Under the pieces are notes generated by a model that was not told where the DNA came from, searched no databases, and saw nothing but the letters and a program-made list of their open reading frames with translations. The translations under genes and the position numbers were made by a program. Of a stretch of DNA of 64,000 bases, positions 20,251-31,149 are shown in pieces (position 1 is the first letter of the stretch; each line of letters opens with the position of its first letter). The stretch lies in the IMG/VR virus record IMGVR_UViG_2721755486_000001, positions 64,001-128,000 of that record; one strand, given 5' to 3'. Origin of the DNA: a virus (taxonomy: Duplodnaviria > Caudoviricetes).

Positions 20251-21027
20251 GTGCCCATGCTGATGTTGAACGTCCCCTTTGCGCAAAAGGAGGAGGCCAA
20301 AGCCTTGGGGGCGCGCTGGAACCAGGCCGAGAAGAAATGGTACGTCCCCGACCACGTGGACCCGGCGCCGTTCCTGGCCCGGCCCGAGTGGACCGACCCG
20401 GAGTATGTCCCGCCGCCGCAGGTGCCCGGCAAGGGTCCGAAATGGCCGCTGTACGTCGACCTGATCCCGCGCACGGCCTGGTTCTCCAACCTCCGGTCGG
20501 AGCTGAACGAGGCCGAGTGGACGGCGTTGAAGCGTCGGACGTTCGACGCCGCCGGGTGGGTGTGCGAAGTCTGCACCTGCAAGGGGCCCAAGTGGCCGGT
20601 GGAGTGCCACGAGCGGTTCAACTACGACGAGGAGACGGGAGTCCAGACCCTGACGGGCACCATCGCCCTGTGCCCGTCCTGCCACGAGAGCACGCACATG
20701 GGGTTCGCCCGCACCCGGGGCCGCGAGGCTGAAGCCATGGCGCACCTCATGGCGGTCAACGGCTGGACCGATCCGGAAGCACGCCAGCACGTCCAGGAGG
20801 CGATGCGCACGTACGGCCGGCGCAGCGCACGGGACTGGCAGTTCGACGCCCGCTGGTTGCTCGGCCGGCTCGACCTGTCAGAGGAGACTCGGGAGAAGAT
20901 CATGGGGCACGCGGAAGGCCTGGCCCCGCGGATCGTCACCGAGGAGCAGCAGGGGATCCGGGACGCCCACGCCTACGAGGGGCAGGACAACGGGCTGTTC
21001 GACGACTTCTTTCACCAGCCCAACTGA
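20251..21027 (+). CDS. DUF5710 domain plus HNH-like nuclease domain protein
   Basis: LNVPFAQKEEAKALGARW...KWYVP; CEVC...ECHE...LCPSCH. Confidence 0.75.
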   Translation: MPMLMLNVPFAQKEEAKALGARWNQAEKKWYVPDHVDPAPFLARPEWTDPEYVPPPQVPGKGPKWPLYVDLIPRTAWFSNLRSELNEAEWTALKRRTFDAAGWVCEVCTCKGPKWPVECHERFNYDEETGVQTLTGTIALCPSCHESTHMGFARTRGREAEAMAHLMAVNGWTDPEARQHVQEAMRTYGRRSARDWQFDARWLLGRLDLSEETREKIMGHAEGLAPRIVTEEQQGIRDAHAYEGQDNGLFDDFFHQPN

Positions 21028-21150
21028 TTGGCCTACGCCCGTGCCCTGGCACGGGCCTATTTTTGGCCGGGTGGTTGACAGGGGACCAGGACCCGCTAGG
21101 TACAAAGGAGAGGCCCCGGCCTGGGGCCATCAATAGGAGGGGGATCTACC

Positions 21151-21513
21151 GTGCACATCCTGCAATCCTTCGTTCACATCGAGGTGTGGATCGCGATCTT
21201 CAGCCTGGCTCTGGCCATCGTTTGGCGGGCCACGCTGGGCGTGGCCATCCTCAGTGCGATGCACCGGGGCGAACGATTCGACGACCGCACGCTGAGCGGC
21301 CAAGCCATGAGCGTTGTGGGCACGCTCTGGACCTCGATCAAGCTGGGAGCCTGCCTGTACATCGTGACCGTCATTCCCGTGCCGGCGCTTTGGTTGAACA
21401 TCCTCCTGGCCCTGTTCCTGCTCGGCGACACGCTCCTCGGCATCCGGAAGATCGTGGGCCTGACCCACCTTGCGGGGCGCCTCGTGGTGGCGAAGGTGGT
21501 CCCCAAGCGCTGA
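21151..21513 (+). CDS. Small membrane protein
   Basis: Three hydrophobic segments; promoter and RBS. Confidence 0.6.
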   Translation: MHILQSFVHIEVWIAIFSLALAIVWRATLGVAILSAMHRGERFDDRTLSGQAMSVVGTLWTSIKLGACLYIVTVIPVPALWLNILLALFLLGDTLLGIRKIVGLTHLAGRLVVAKVVPKR

Positions 21514-21574
21514 TCAATCACCAGGTTCATGAAAGCAGGCCCCAGCCTGGGGTCACCACACGGAGGAGACGGCC

Positions 21575-21793
21575 ATGCTCATCACCCTCGGAATCGTTCT
21601 GGGGATCCTGCTCGCAGCGTTCCTGCGGCCCATCGCACGGAACACCCTGGCGATCGACTGCTTGACCAGCGCGAGCACGGTCCTGGTGGTCGCGTGCCTG
21701 CCCATCCGGGGCCTGCTCGTGAGCATGATCGTCGCGTTGGGCCTTCGGTTGGTCTGGGCCTGGCTCATCAACGGCACGGCGGTGCGACCATGA
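21575..21793 (+). CDS. Small membrane protein
   Basis: Hydrophobic throughout; GGAGGAG RBS. Confidence 0.55.
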   Translation: MLITLGIVLGILLAAFLRPIARNTLAIDCLTSASTVLVVACLPIRGLLVSMIVALGLRLVWAWLINGTAVRP

Positions 21794-22002
21794 CCACCGT
21801 AACCACCGACAGCCTCAACCTGGACCTGCTGAGCTTCGCCGCGGCCGGCAACGCCCTGGGCATCCGGTTCGCGCTGCACTACGGCGCGGACCTCCACGCC
21901 ACCGACGGGAACCACCGGACGGCGGTACAGCTCGCGGAGCAGAACGGCCACACCCGGCTGGCGCAGTGGCTCCTCGACATGCGGGCCCCGCGCTCCGCGT
22001 GA
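21790..22002 (+). CDS. Minimal ankyrin-repeat protein (about 70 aa)
   Basis: AAAGN...GADLHATDGNHRTAVQLA; ATGA overlap with the upstream gene. Confidence 0.7.
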   Translation: MTTVTTDSLNLDLLSFAAAGNALGIRFALHYGADLHATDGNHRTAVQLAEQNGHTRLAQWLLDMRAPRSA

Positions 22003-22268
22003 GGGTGGTGGGGCTGGAGCGGGGTGAAAACCCCACCTGGCCGCGGAGCGCCAGGTCGCAACACCGTGCTGACGCCGATGGGGCCGGAGGCACGGGGTGA
22101 CCGCCCAGGGGAGCTTTGGCTCCCCATTTGGTTGGCGCCACAGCGGCGTATCAATCCGTGCCACGGCACACTCTGAAATCCTCCCCGTCGGCGTTTGACA
22201 AGCACGCGGTACCTGCCATGTTGTTCCCACGGCCATCCGGCCGCAGCCACCCACCATGAGGAGACCCG

Positions 22269-22826
22269 ATGCAATACGCCCTGATCACCCTGAAGGACAA
22301 GCAGTTCATCATCGACGCCCACGAGTTGAGCGCGCTGGACAACTTCCGCGACGGCATCGCCGACGTGGAACCGAAGCCCAACGAGAACGGCCCGCTGTAC
22401 GTCGCGTACGGGGTCTACAAGCCCCAGCCCGGCATCGAGTGGGAGGACGCGATGGGCCACCTGCTCGAACGCCAGGACGTCTGGCTGGGCCACATCGCGG
22501 GAGAGCGCTGCCATACCCTCGGCTTCCACGCGGTCGAACCGCTCCCGCCGGTCCAGCAGGGCATGTCGTTCAGCATCCCGTTCGCGGCACTGATCCACGC
22601 GCACCCGGATCTGATCGAGCAGATCGGCGACCACGACCGGATCCAGGCCTTCACGGCCTTTGTGCGGTTCTGGAACATCAGCCCGGCGGACAATATTTTC
22701 AACCGCAAGGGCCTGCTGGCGTTCAAGGGCATCGAACGCCGCGGCACCACCACCGTGACGAAGGAAAACTGGCGCGAGCGCATCGACATCGAGCGCGCCG
22801 TCCTAACCGCGTTGCGGATCCACTGA
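22269..22826 (+). CDS. Hypothetical protein
   Basis: Promoter at 22195; GAGGAG RBS. Confidence 0.65.
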   Translation: MQYALITLKDKQFIIDAHELSALDNFRDGIADVEPKPNENGPLYVAYGVYKPQPGIEWEDAMGHLLERQDVWLGHIAGERCHTLGFHAVEPLPPVQQGMSFSIPFAALIHAHPDLIEQIGDHDRIQAFTAFVRFWNISPADNIFNRKGLLAFKGIERRGTTTVTKENWRERIDIERAVLTALRIH

Positions 22827-22893
22827 CCCGGGCCGCCTCACCAGCACGTGCGACCGTCACCCCGTGGGTGACGGTTCACTTCAGGCGGTGGTT

Positions 22894-23772
22894 CTACCTG
22901 GCTTCGCTGATCTGAGCTTCGATCAAGCCGGAAGCGTTGAGCAGGCAGGCGATGTTGTATTTCAGCTTCAGGTTGAAGCTGTTCTTGGCCGTGAAGGTTG
23001 AGGTCACCCTGGTGTTGCCATTCGCTCCGTCGGAGACCGCCACGTCCAACACCCGGGAGAAGTCCACGGTGCTGGGATGGGCCGCGTGAGATTTGGCGTA
23101 GCCCTCGCACAGCGCGACCGCCTGCCCATGGTCGATGTTGCGCGGCGCTTCGAACGGCTTGCGGCTGGCGACATCTTGGGGCGTGAAGAACACGTTGAAC
23201 ACCTGGGTGCCCTTGCCGCAGGTGACGTAGAACGTCGGATGCGCCTTGGTGCTGGTCGAACTGAGTGACGCGGAGGACGGGTCGATGTCACCACATCGGG
23301 AGTTCTCCCGGTGGATGCGATTCACCCCATCGATGATGGTCTTCTTATAGGGGAGGGTGGACTTGTCGAACTGAAAATCCGCCTCGGTGAAAACCCGTTG
23401 TCCCGACGCGTCGACCTGGGGCTTTCGCAGCGCGGTGGACGGCACCCAGCCGATGTGTGTGTCGTGCAGGAAATCCGGATCGGTGACCTGTACGCGGGAC
23501 CACGATCCTTGGGTGCACTGCTCGTTCACGGTCACGGAGTTGTCGATCGCCATGTACTGCGTGGTGTGCATGATCGCCGTGGCTTTCTCGTTCACGAGCT
23601 TCGAGGCCCCGGTCTTCGGAGCAGCCAGGAGCAGGACGTTCTGGCCGTTCACGCTGTAGCTTTTCCCGGTTGCTGTGCTGCCCGGCCCACAAGGGGCCGC
23701 GGTCTCTGCGTGAGCGACGTTCAAAAGGGCGGACGTGGCGAAAAGCCAGCCGACAAGAAATACCCGTTTCAT
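22894..23772 (-). CDS. Exported hypothetical protein
   Basis: Signal peptide MKRVFLVGWLFATSALLNVAHA; several Cys residues. Confidence 0.7.
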   Translation of the reverse strand: MKRVFLVGWLFATSALLNVAHAETAAPCGPGSTATGKSYSVNGQNVLLLAAPKTGASKLVNEKATAIMHTTQYMAIDNSVTVNEQCTQGSWSRVQVTDPDFLHDTHIGWVPSTALRKPQVDASGQRVFTEADFQFDKSTLPYKKTIIDGVNRIHRENSRCGDIDPSSASLSSTSTKAHPTFYVTCGKGTQVFNVFFTPQDVASRKPFEAPRNIDHGQAVALCEGYAKSHAAHPSTVDFSRVLDVAVSDGANGNTRVTSTFTAKNSFNLKLKYNIACLLNASGLIEAQISEAR

Positions 23773-23824
23773 GGTGGTCCTTCGTTGTTTTTGGTGGCCG
23801 TGATGGCGTGGAAGCCCGTGCGGT

Positions 23825-24268
23825 TTACGCAGCTCCCGGTGCTCCGTGAAAGTAGCCGCTGAGGAGGACCGGGGTCCGTGCCTTCCCGGTGTAGAACTCA
23901 AAATACTCCTCGCCACCGGCCTTTTGCGCGGCGTCGAACGCGGGATCGCCTTGCAGGCGCAACGATTCAAGCGTGTACCCGGTCGGGTCAGGAACGTCCT
24001 TGGCGAGAAGCTGGGCATGGCCCATGAGCATCAGGGCGAAGAACTGCTCATCCCCTTGAACCTCGATCCCAGCGCATTGCAGCGCCGCGTCGAAGAAACC
24101 GATGAAATACCCACGGACGAACGGCGAGTGGAGCTTGGCTTGGTAGTTGTCGGCCGAGCGACTGATCATTAGGGCTAGCTCCAGGAGATTCGCGGCCCCG
24201 TGAACAATACGACCGTCGGGCGATGCCGTCGCCGGCGCTGGCGGTTTTTTCTTGAAAAATCCAAACAT
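23825..24268 (-). CDS. Hypothetical protein
   Basis: MFGFFKKK N-terminus; AGGA RBS. Confidence 0.6.
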   Translation of the reverse strand: MFGFFKKKPPAPATASPDGRIVHGAANLLELALMISRSADNYQAKLHSPFVRGYFIGFFDAALQCAGIEVQGDEQFFALMLMGHAQLLAKDVPDPTGYTLESLRLQGDPAFDAAQKAGGEEYFEFYTGKARTPVLLSGYFHGAPGAA

Positions 24269-24665
24269 GCAGCGTCCTTGATGTTTTGGTTTTGTAAGGT
24301 GGGAGCCTAGCATAGGTGTCCCGTGCGCGCGACCGCGCTTGGCCCTCTCGGGCATCCCGGAAAGCGCCATGGGGGCGGAGAAGGACCCGTGGCGACTTCT
24401 GACCTGTCACCGGAACTCCACGCGATCGCAGACGCAGAAGCCTCCGCACCCGTCGAAGCGCGCGCCCGGCGTCGCCTGTAACCGCCGGAGGGGAAGCACC
24501 TCACCCGCAAGCGATGGCCCGGAGGGCGAGTGGGGCGCGAGCCCCGTTTCTCCTGTGCCCTGGCACGATTAGGTCGTTCTTCGGAATCCCGTCCCGGACG
24601 GTTGACGAGCGACCAAGACCCGCTAGGTTGTACCCATAAGCCGCGCGTCCGCATCGGCCATCCAG

Positions 24666-25178
24666 ATGAGTCGCCCCACCATGACCGACACCACCAGCAC
24701 CGCCCCCTGCTACCCGCTCGACGACTGGGCCTTGGAAGCGGCCATCAACGCGGGCAACACCGACTGGGTAGCCCAGCTCGTCGCCGCCGGCGCAGATCTG
24801 ACGCGCCCACGGTCCGACACGTACGGGCGAGGTGGCGTGACCCCGCTGGGCCTGGCGGTCCACTTCGGGAGCCCCGACATCGTGGAGCTGCTGCTCGACG
24901 CGGGCGCTCCGGTGAACCAGGTCGCGGTGCGGTGGGGCGGTACGGCGCTGCACATGGCCGTGGTGGAGAGCGTGGGCGATGGCGTGGTGGAAATGCTGCT
25001 CAAGGCCGGGGCCGACCCACTGCTGACCGACGGGAAGGGGCGGCGCCCGCTCGACTACCTGGGCTGGGCCGTGGCCGAGCACCTGTCCGACGGCGACAAG
25101 GACCTGGTGCGCATCGCCACCCGGCTCGCGATCAACACCGCGAAGTTGAACGGGCAGAAACGCCCGAAGCGTCACTGA
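24666..25178 (+). CDS. Ankyrin-repeat protein
   Basis: GVTPLGLAV, GGTALHMAV, GRRPLDY. Confidence 0.85.
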   Translation: MSRPTMTDTTSTAPCYPLDDWALEAAINAGNTDWVAQLVAAGADLTRPRSDTYGRGGVTPLGLAVHFGSPDIVELLLDAGAPVNQVAVRWGGTALHMAVVESVGDGVVEMLLKAGADPLLTDGKGRRPLDYLGWAVAEHLSDGDKDLVRIATRLAINTAKLNGQKRPKRH

Positions 25179-25197
25179 CTTGGAGGGAGGAGACCTC

Positions 25198-25815
25198 ATG
25201 CGCAACCCTGACGCCCGCTTTTTCAACGCCTTTCTGATCGGCATGCTCTCGACCAGCGTGCTGGCGATCGCCGTCCTGTTCACCACGGCCGCGATGGCCC
25301 CGCGGGCCCATGCGGCGGGCGTGGGTACGACCGTCCCGACGAACATCGCGGTCCCGGTCGGGCTGGAGCACCACACGGTCATCGACGGCGTGAGCCTGGG
25401 GTCTCCGCTCGCGGCGATCGGTCCGGCGTGCAAGGGCAACCCCGATCGTGCGACGGTCCCGTGCGTGGTCCGTGAGACGCGCACGCCACCACGGACCGAT
25501 GCGATTCCGGGGGACGGCTTCTACGACGTGCACGGCATGACGCTGCCGAAGGGGACCACGGACCTCTCGGTGGAGGTCATCCGTGGAGAGGTGCAGGCCG
25601 TCTCGTTCACGCTCGACCATCCGTACGGCGAGGACGCATGGTCCTCGGCCATCGCGGCTGCGTTGGGCTCGGTGGCGTTCGTGCCCGCCTCGGCCGCCCG
25701 GTATAGCTGGGAACAGGCCCATTGGGTCCTGCCGGACGGCTACCGCCTGACCGTCGGGCCGGAATGGGCATTGATCGGGCAGAGCACCAGGGTGACGGTC
25801 GAGAGCGGCCTCTGA
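25198..25815 (+). CDS. Exported protein, paralogue of 33803 and 34409
   Basis: Signal-like N-terminus; IDGVSLGSPL...PACKGNPDRATVPC. Confidence 0.65.
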   Translation: MRNPDARFFNAFLIGMLSTSVLAIAVLFTTAAMAPRAHAAGVGTTVPTNIAVPVGLEHHTVIDGVSLGSPLAAIGPACKGNPDRATVPCVVRETRTPPRTDAIPGDGFYDVHGMTLPKGTTDLSVEVIRGEVQAVSFTLDHPYGEDAWSSAIAAALGSVAFVPASAARYSWEQAHWVLPDGYRLTVGPEWALIGQSTRVTVESGL

Positions 25816-25944
25816 CCCGGATCGTGCTGCGTTTGACGGGCGAGCGGTTACTTGCAAGTCTGTAACGCTCCACCCGGACCCGTGCCAGGGCACGGCAAGC
25901 ACCACCGCTTCCGCGCCTGGGTCTGACCGCACCAGGGACCCACC

Positions 25945-26424
25945 ATGCGCAACACCACCGGCGGCGATCGGCCGCAAACCTCGACCCCGCGAGCGGGGAT
26001 TCGCACGGCCCATTTCTGGGCCGCCCTCTACGCGGGGCTGATGCTCATCACCCTGATGGTCTGCGCGCTCGGCGCGAGAACGTTCTTCGCCCGGTACGAC
26101 GACAATGCGCTGGTCATCGGCCTGGCGGTGCTGGCCTGCACGCTGTTGCTCGACCACGCGGACCGAAGGCTCCGCGAGCAGGGCCGTCGACTGCACCGCG
26201 TGAACGCCTACATCACCGGCTTCTCGAGCCCGATGCTCATGGGCGTTCTGGCATCTTGGCTCGTCGCCCCCCAGGCCATACACCTGGCCGCGGCGGGCTG
26301 GTCGGACAACCTGCACCTGCTGGTCGCCAACCTCGCGGTGCTCTGGACCGGCGTGACGGTCGTGCGGCTGTTGCAGGACCCGCACCCGGACCTGCGGGGC
26401 GGGTTCTTCCGGACGGGACGTTAG
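25945..26424 (+). CDS. Membrane protein (about 4 TM)
   Basis: Four hydrophobic segments. Confidence 0.6.
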   Translation: MRNTTGGDRPQTSTPRAGIRTAHFWAALYAGLMLITLMVCALGARTFFARYDDNALVIGLAVLACTLLLDHADRRLREQGRRLHRVNAYITGFSSPMLMGVLASWLVAPQAIHLAAAGWSDNLHLLVANLAVLWTGVTVVRLLQDPHPDLRGGFFRTGR

Positions 26425-28271
26425 GCCTCGGCGGAGGCCGCGTCGTCCATGTTCGGGGCGGCGACTGGGGTGACCGGGCCCTTCGCCAGCAGCGGCGGGG
26501 CGCTGTCGTAGATCTTCGTGGTGATCCCGTCGAGCTTCTTCTCCAGCGCTTCGAGCACCAGGTCCAGACGCGCCTCGATGAACCGCACCAGCGCGTCCGG
26601 TGGCAGTTCCGTCAGGGTCTCCTGCCATTCCACGATTTCCGTGGGCACCAGATGCGATTTCAGCACGCCAAGGAACGCCTCGCGGGCCCAGGTCGAAAGG
26701 CCCACGTACGACCCGAGGTAGTCCAACGGGTTCTTGTTGGAGATTTGCAGGTTCGTGAGCTGCGGCAGGTAGGCGATGTTCAGCAGGCTGTCCGACAGGT
26801 CCTTGTGGTCCAGGTTCGACTTCGCCACAAAATCGCTCGGGAAGATGTGGTGGAGGTTCGGCCGGTCGGTCAGCGTGTAGTAGACGGCGTTGAGCACCGG
26901 CCCGTGGCCTTGGCCCCAGTCGCGCGGATGGTGGTGGGCGTAGAACGCCAGCAGGGCACGCGCACGACCACCACGCGTCGAGTATTGCGTCAGGCGCAGT
27001 GCGTTGCGGTCCAGCGTGAATCCCTTGCTGAACACCTTCGAGCCGTCACCGTCCCTGAGCTGATCGACGTGCTCCCAGAGGCCCGTCGTGTTGCTCAGCA
27101 GGTCGCTCTGGTGGAAGGATGAGAACCAGAAATAGCGCTGGGCCAGATCGAGGCTCGGCGCCGGGTTGTCGAAGAAGTAGCCCGTCAACGTCATGTAGAC
27201 GTACCGGTACGGGATCAGGTTCGGCCCATTCAGGTCGAGCGTGTTGTCCAGGAAGCCCAAGGTCTTGCGGATCGCCGCCTGGGCGCCTTCCCACACGGCC
27301 TCGATGTCCTCGGCTTTCAGCTCGTTGAGGTACTTGTCGGTGATGTTCAGCACGGTGGCGCGACCGTGCACCTTCTGCTGGTGGATGCGTACGCACACCG
27401 CCACCATCTGCAAAAAGGTCCAGTCGTCCAGCAGGGCGTAGTTCGACGTGCCCAGGCTGGTCCGGAAACCCTGGATCAGATCGCGCAGGTAGAACCCGGT
27501 GATGCCCGCCTCGGGGTTCGCCACGCGGTAGGTCTTCGCCACCACGATGTCGAAAATGTTGAGGGGGCGCCCGGCCTGGTTCACCCGTTCGAAGATCTGG
27601 CAGACCTCCGAGACCTCGATCCCGTGCAGTTCGATGAACGAAAGGCGGTAGTTCGCCAGGATGCTTTGCATCTGGCGCAGGCGCTGACGCTCGGGGGCTT
27701 CGTAGGGGAGGTTCGACAGCTTGCTGTCGAGCTTGCCGAAGTCGAACACGATGTCGCGCAGGGAGACGATCAACCCCTGGGTGTACCGCATCTGGCGGCC
27801 CTTGTTGCGGATCAGGGCGCCGTCCTTGTCGTCGATCTCGTCCCAGAACAGGAAGCGTTCGCGGTAGCTCTCGTCGTCCGTCGGCCCTTTGAGGGCGATG
27901 GACAGGTCGACGTAGACGCTGGGGTCGGTGGATTGCCCCTCGATCGTGCCGCCATAGATCGACGTGTAGAGCGAGGTCGTGCGCTGCTGGCCGTCCAGGA
28001 TGTAGCGGTACTCGGCGGCGTTGAGCGGCTCGGTCAGGACGTGACCGCCGATGCTGCGGTGGCTATGGAGCGGCAGCGGGGTACGCCAAACCAGGATGCT
28101 GCCCAACGGGTAGAACTTGTACACGCTGTCCCAGAGCAGCTTGACGTTGCCGCGCTCCCACACGACGTCGCGCTGGAACGTCGGAATCTGGTAGGACCCG
28201 GCCTGGATGTTGCCGAGATACGTCTGGATGCCGAAGTCAACCGGTTTGATCCGGTCTTGGTAGTTGCTCAT
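26421..28271 (-). CDS. GmrSD-type (DUF262 plus HNH-like C-terminus) modification-dependent restriction protein
   Basis: IPTFQRDVVW, ILDGQQRTTSL, FERVNQAG; C-terminal LHHIFP...LLNIAYL...NLQISNK. Confidence 0.85.
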   Translation of the reverse strand: MSNYQDRIKPVDFGIQTYLGNIQAGSYQIPTFQRDVVWERGNVKLLWDSVYKFYPLGSILVWRTPLPLHSHRSIGGHVLTEPLNAAEYRYILDGQQRTTSLYTSIYGGTIEGQSTDPSVYVDLSIALKGPTDDESYRERFLFWDEIDDKDGALIRNKGRQMRYTQGLIVSLRDIVFDFGKLDSKLSNLPYEAPERQRLRQMQSILANYRLSFIELHGIEVSEVCQIFERVNQAGRPLNIFDIVVAKTYRVANPEAGITGFYLRDLIQGFRTSLGTSNYALLDDWTFLQMVAVCVRIHQQKVHGRATVLNITDKYLNELKAEDIEAVWEGAQAAIRKTLGFLDNTLDLNGPNLIPYRYVYMTLTGYFFDNPAPSLDLAQRYFWFSSFHQSDLLSNTTGLWEHVDQLRDGDGSKVFSKGFTLDRNALRLTQYSTRGGRARALLAFYAHHHPRDWGQGHGPVLNAVYYTLTDRPNLHHIFPSDFVAKSNLDHKDLSDSLLNIAYLPQLTNLQISNKNPLDYLGSYVGLSTWAREAFLGVLKSHLVPTEIVEWQETLTELPPDALVRFIEARLDLVLEALEKKLDGITTKIYDSAPPLLAKGPVTPVAAPNMDDAASAEA

Positions 28272-28391
28272 TTGGTCCCTCGTGCGAGCCTGTTTTTCAG
28301 GGCGATTTTCGATCGCTACTATACCAGTGGCGCTCCCCGGAAAGGCTCACCATCGCTCCCGAAAGGGCTCACCGTTGGCGTGGCGGAGGCA

Positions 28392-29111
28392 TCACGGTTG
28401 TGGTTTCGCCTGCTCCCCCAGCAGATCCAGGAGGCGGTTGGAAGTCTCAATCAGTTCGGGCAGTTTGTCGGCTGCCCGCGACGGGATAAAGCCGCCGTAC
28501 TGTTTTCGAATCGCAAGGATCAGATCGGCTGCGACCAGGCCGGCCTGGCCACATTCCCAGAGGTCGACCTTCAACCAATGGTCGTCGTCAAAATCGAAAT
28601 AGCTCGTATAAATGGCGGCATTTTCACCGCCAACGAACTCGAAGTTGTGGAAACTGTTGTAGACGTTTGCGTGGGCGGTTTGCTCGTTGATCAGATCCTT
28701 CATCCGTTTGATCTCGTCGGATTGCGCCTTGAAATGCTGACCGAGCCAGGCGTAGGCAGCTTTCGAAGCCTTTTGCGGGTCGTGCTTCTTGCCGTCCGTC
28801 GTATCGAAATAGTTCGTTGTGTCGACGTGGACCAGCGAATACGCCGCGTGTACGGTCGATTCGAGAAAGTAGCGCAAGACCATTTTGGCCTGAATCCGGT
28901 GCTGCCTCACCAGCGACATCAGGCACAGCGTGTGACCCTTCTTCATCTGCGAAAGAAAGCGGATGAAGATGTCGCAATCCTTGGTCGGCCACGTCATGAT
29001 GTTCGAGAGCAGCAGGCTTACATCACGAGCGTTGGTGAAGAAATCGCCATAACGCTCTTCGGCACCAAGGACCATCTGATGCTCGATGTGGGAGAACTCC
29101 TCGATGCTCAC
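28392..29111 (-). CDS. Hypothetical protein, lower GC than its surroundings
   Basis: 239-aa helical-looking ORF upstream of the GmrSD gene. Confidence 0.6.
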   Translation of the reverse strand: MSIEEFSHIEHQMVLGAEERYGDFFTNARDVSLLLSNIMTWPTKDCDIFIRFLSQMKKGHTLCLMSLVRQHRIQAKMVLRYFLESTVHAAYSLVHVDTTNYFDTTDGKKHDPQKASKAAYAWLGQHFKAQSDEIKRMKDLINEQTAHANVYNSFHNFEFVGGENAAIYTSYFDFDDDHWLKVDLWECGQAGLVAADLILAIRKQYGGFIPSRAADKLPELIETSNRLLDLLGEQAKPQP

Positions 29112-29443
29112 GGTGGGTGCCTCTCTCTAGTTGAAGTCGTTGACCGATAACCCGGGCCGAGCCGGTCAACGACGACTATACATTGGCCACACGGGGTGCC
29201 CACCCTCGACCACAGCACAGCCGCCCCTTCGCAAGAACCGTAGGTCTTGCCCAGGCGGCACGGTAGGACAGCGCGCGGCCCTTGCTCGCCAACCGGCTGA
29301 TGGACGGCGTGGACAACGCGCCGTCGCGGTGAAACGGGCAGGGCGCCGTCGGTCCCACCTAAATCACCGCCTGCTGAGTCGACCTGCATAGCAAAGCGGG
29401 GCATCGGCCCCGCTTTCGCAGTCCTGCGTGGCCAAGGCCACGA

Positions 29444-29950
29444 TCAGCCGGCGCGCGCCCGGGACCGCTTCGCGTAGTTTTCCGCCCACTCGGCGCGCAT
29501 TTGTCGCACGGCCGCCATCGCCGCGATCTTGCACTGCAGCTTCTCCTCCGGCGTCAACCCTCCAATGTGCAGCGCGGTGTCGGACACGAGATCCTGCCGG
29601 CCCAGGCTGATCATCTTCTCCTCGATCGCCTCTTGCACAACCATGCGCTCGAGCGCCTGGGGAGGCTGGCTCATCCTGATGGCGACGTACGTGAACAGGC
29701 GGTAGGCGGCACCGCCCGCGTAGAGGCCCCACCACGCGGCCAGTACGGTGACCAGCACCGCACTCACCGAACCCGGCACGGGCGGCGAGAACAGCGCGAC
29801 GGACGTGGTGACGAGGGCGATGATGCGCGAGATCGGCCCGGCGATCTGCGTGACCGGGTAGGCCCTGCTCAGGAAGAACAGATTGACGAAAAACAGCCAG
29901 CCGACGATCAGCAGGCCGGCGTCGAGGTACATGCGAAAGGTCCAGTCCAT
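29444..29950 (-). CDS. Membrane protein
   Basis: Three TM segments; own promoter, leader hairpin and GGAGGAG RBS. Confidence 0.65.
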   Translation of the reverse strand: MDWTFRMYLDAGLLIVGWLFFVNLFFLSRAYPVTQIAGPISRIIALVTTSVALFSPPVPGSVSAVLVTVLAAWWGLYAGGAAYRLFTYVAIRMSQPPQALERMVVQEAIEEKMISLGRQDLVSDTALHIGGLTPEEKLQCKIAAMAAVRQMRAEWAENYAKRSRARAG

Positions 29951-30407
29951 GGGGCTCCTCCAGAGGGTGGCCCCAGGCAGGGGCCGGTGCCCTCAACCAA
30001 GCAGATCCCTGGCAGATGTCAAGCTGTGCCCAGGCACACCTGCACCCCGTCCGGGCACTCCGCGCCCGTGAGGGGTTGTCACCCCGACACCGTTTGATCC
30101 CTCCACCCAGGGTGCTGAGCACCTGAACGATCGCGCACGTACACCGTGCGCTCGAACCCCCACGTGCGTGCAGGGCTCCCCCGTTGTGCGCCGATCCATC
30201 CTCGTCGTGAGGTGCTTTCGAACCCGTCGGTTAAGCGACGCCTGGCACAGGGCCACCCTTGATGCGCAATGGTCCGTGAACCCCGTCCTCACCCGATCCC
30301 TTGCGGGCGTGCGGCCTCCGGGCGGGCCATTGCGCCGGGTGTCCCCGTGCTGCTTCAGGCGCACCGACGGCTCCGAAAAGCACCCACTTCACGACGAGGG
30401 AAACACC

Positions 30408-31088
30408 ATGATCAGCGCACAACAGCCCAGCACGCAAACCCGGAACGGCAACGTCCCGACTCACCAAAAAGCACGGTTGAACGGCCACACCACGGCACCG
30501 GCCACGGCGACCAGCCCGGAAGCTCTGAAAACCGTGTTGACGCTGGTGGAGACCGCCCAGCTCGTCCAGAAGGTGTTGCGCGAGGCGTTCCCGGCCACGG
30601 GGTTCTACGTGAAGACCCAACGCGATGCGAACGGCGCACGGCTCCACGTCGAGTGGACGGACGGCCCCCGCGAGCAGCAGGTGAGCAAGCTCCTGCTGCC
30701 GCTGCAATCGTCGACCCCGGGCCAGTGGGGCGGCAACACCCCGGTGGAGCACTTCCGACTGACCGCGCAGGGCCCGCAACGCGTGCGCCTGGGCGCGGAC
30801 CGCATCACCCTCAAGCGCAAGTTCTCCGACGGCCTGGTGGGCAACGTCCTGCAACGCCTGGCCCACCGCCACGTCGGTCGCCTGGACCCGGAGACCCGCA
30901 AGCTCCTGACGGTCGAATCGTTCAAGAAAGGCGCCCTGATGGCGGTGGTGCTCTACGGCGTGCACTTCGGTGGCAACACCCTCCAGCACGACGTCGAGAC
31001 GGCGCTTCACGACCACACCGAGGTGCAGGGCTTCCCGCGCAGCGCCACGGCCGCCGGCCTGTTCGTTCGCAAGCCCCTGAAAGCCTGA
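30408..31088 (+). CDS. LPD29-domain protein
   Basis: ETAQLVQKVLREAFP..F.V...HVEWTDGP motif. Confidence 0.7.
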   Translation: MISAQQPSTQTRNGNVPTHQKARLNGHTTAPATATSPEALKTVLTLVETAQLVQKVLREAFPATGFYVKTQRDANGARLHVEWTDGPREQQVSKLLLPLQSSTPGQWGGNTPVEHFRLTAQGPQRVRLGADRITLKRKFSDGLVGNVLQRLAHRHVGRLDPETRKLLTVESFKKGALMAVVLYGVHFGGNTLQHDVETALHDHTEVQGFPRSATAAGLFVRKPLKA

Positions 31089-31149
31089 CCACGCTGGGGC
31101 CGCACGCTTCGGTTTGTCGGCCCCGCACCCATCCTTGGAGATCCGCACC

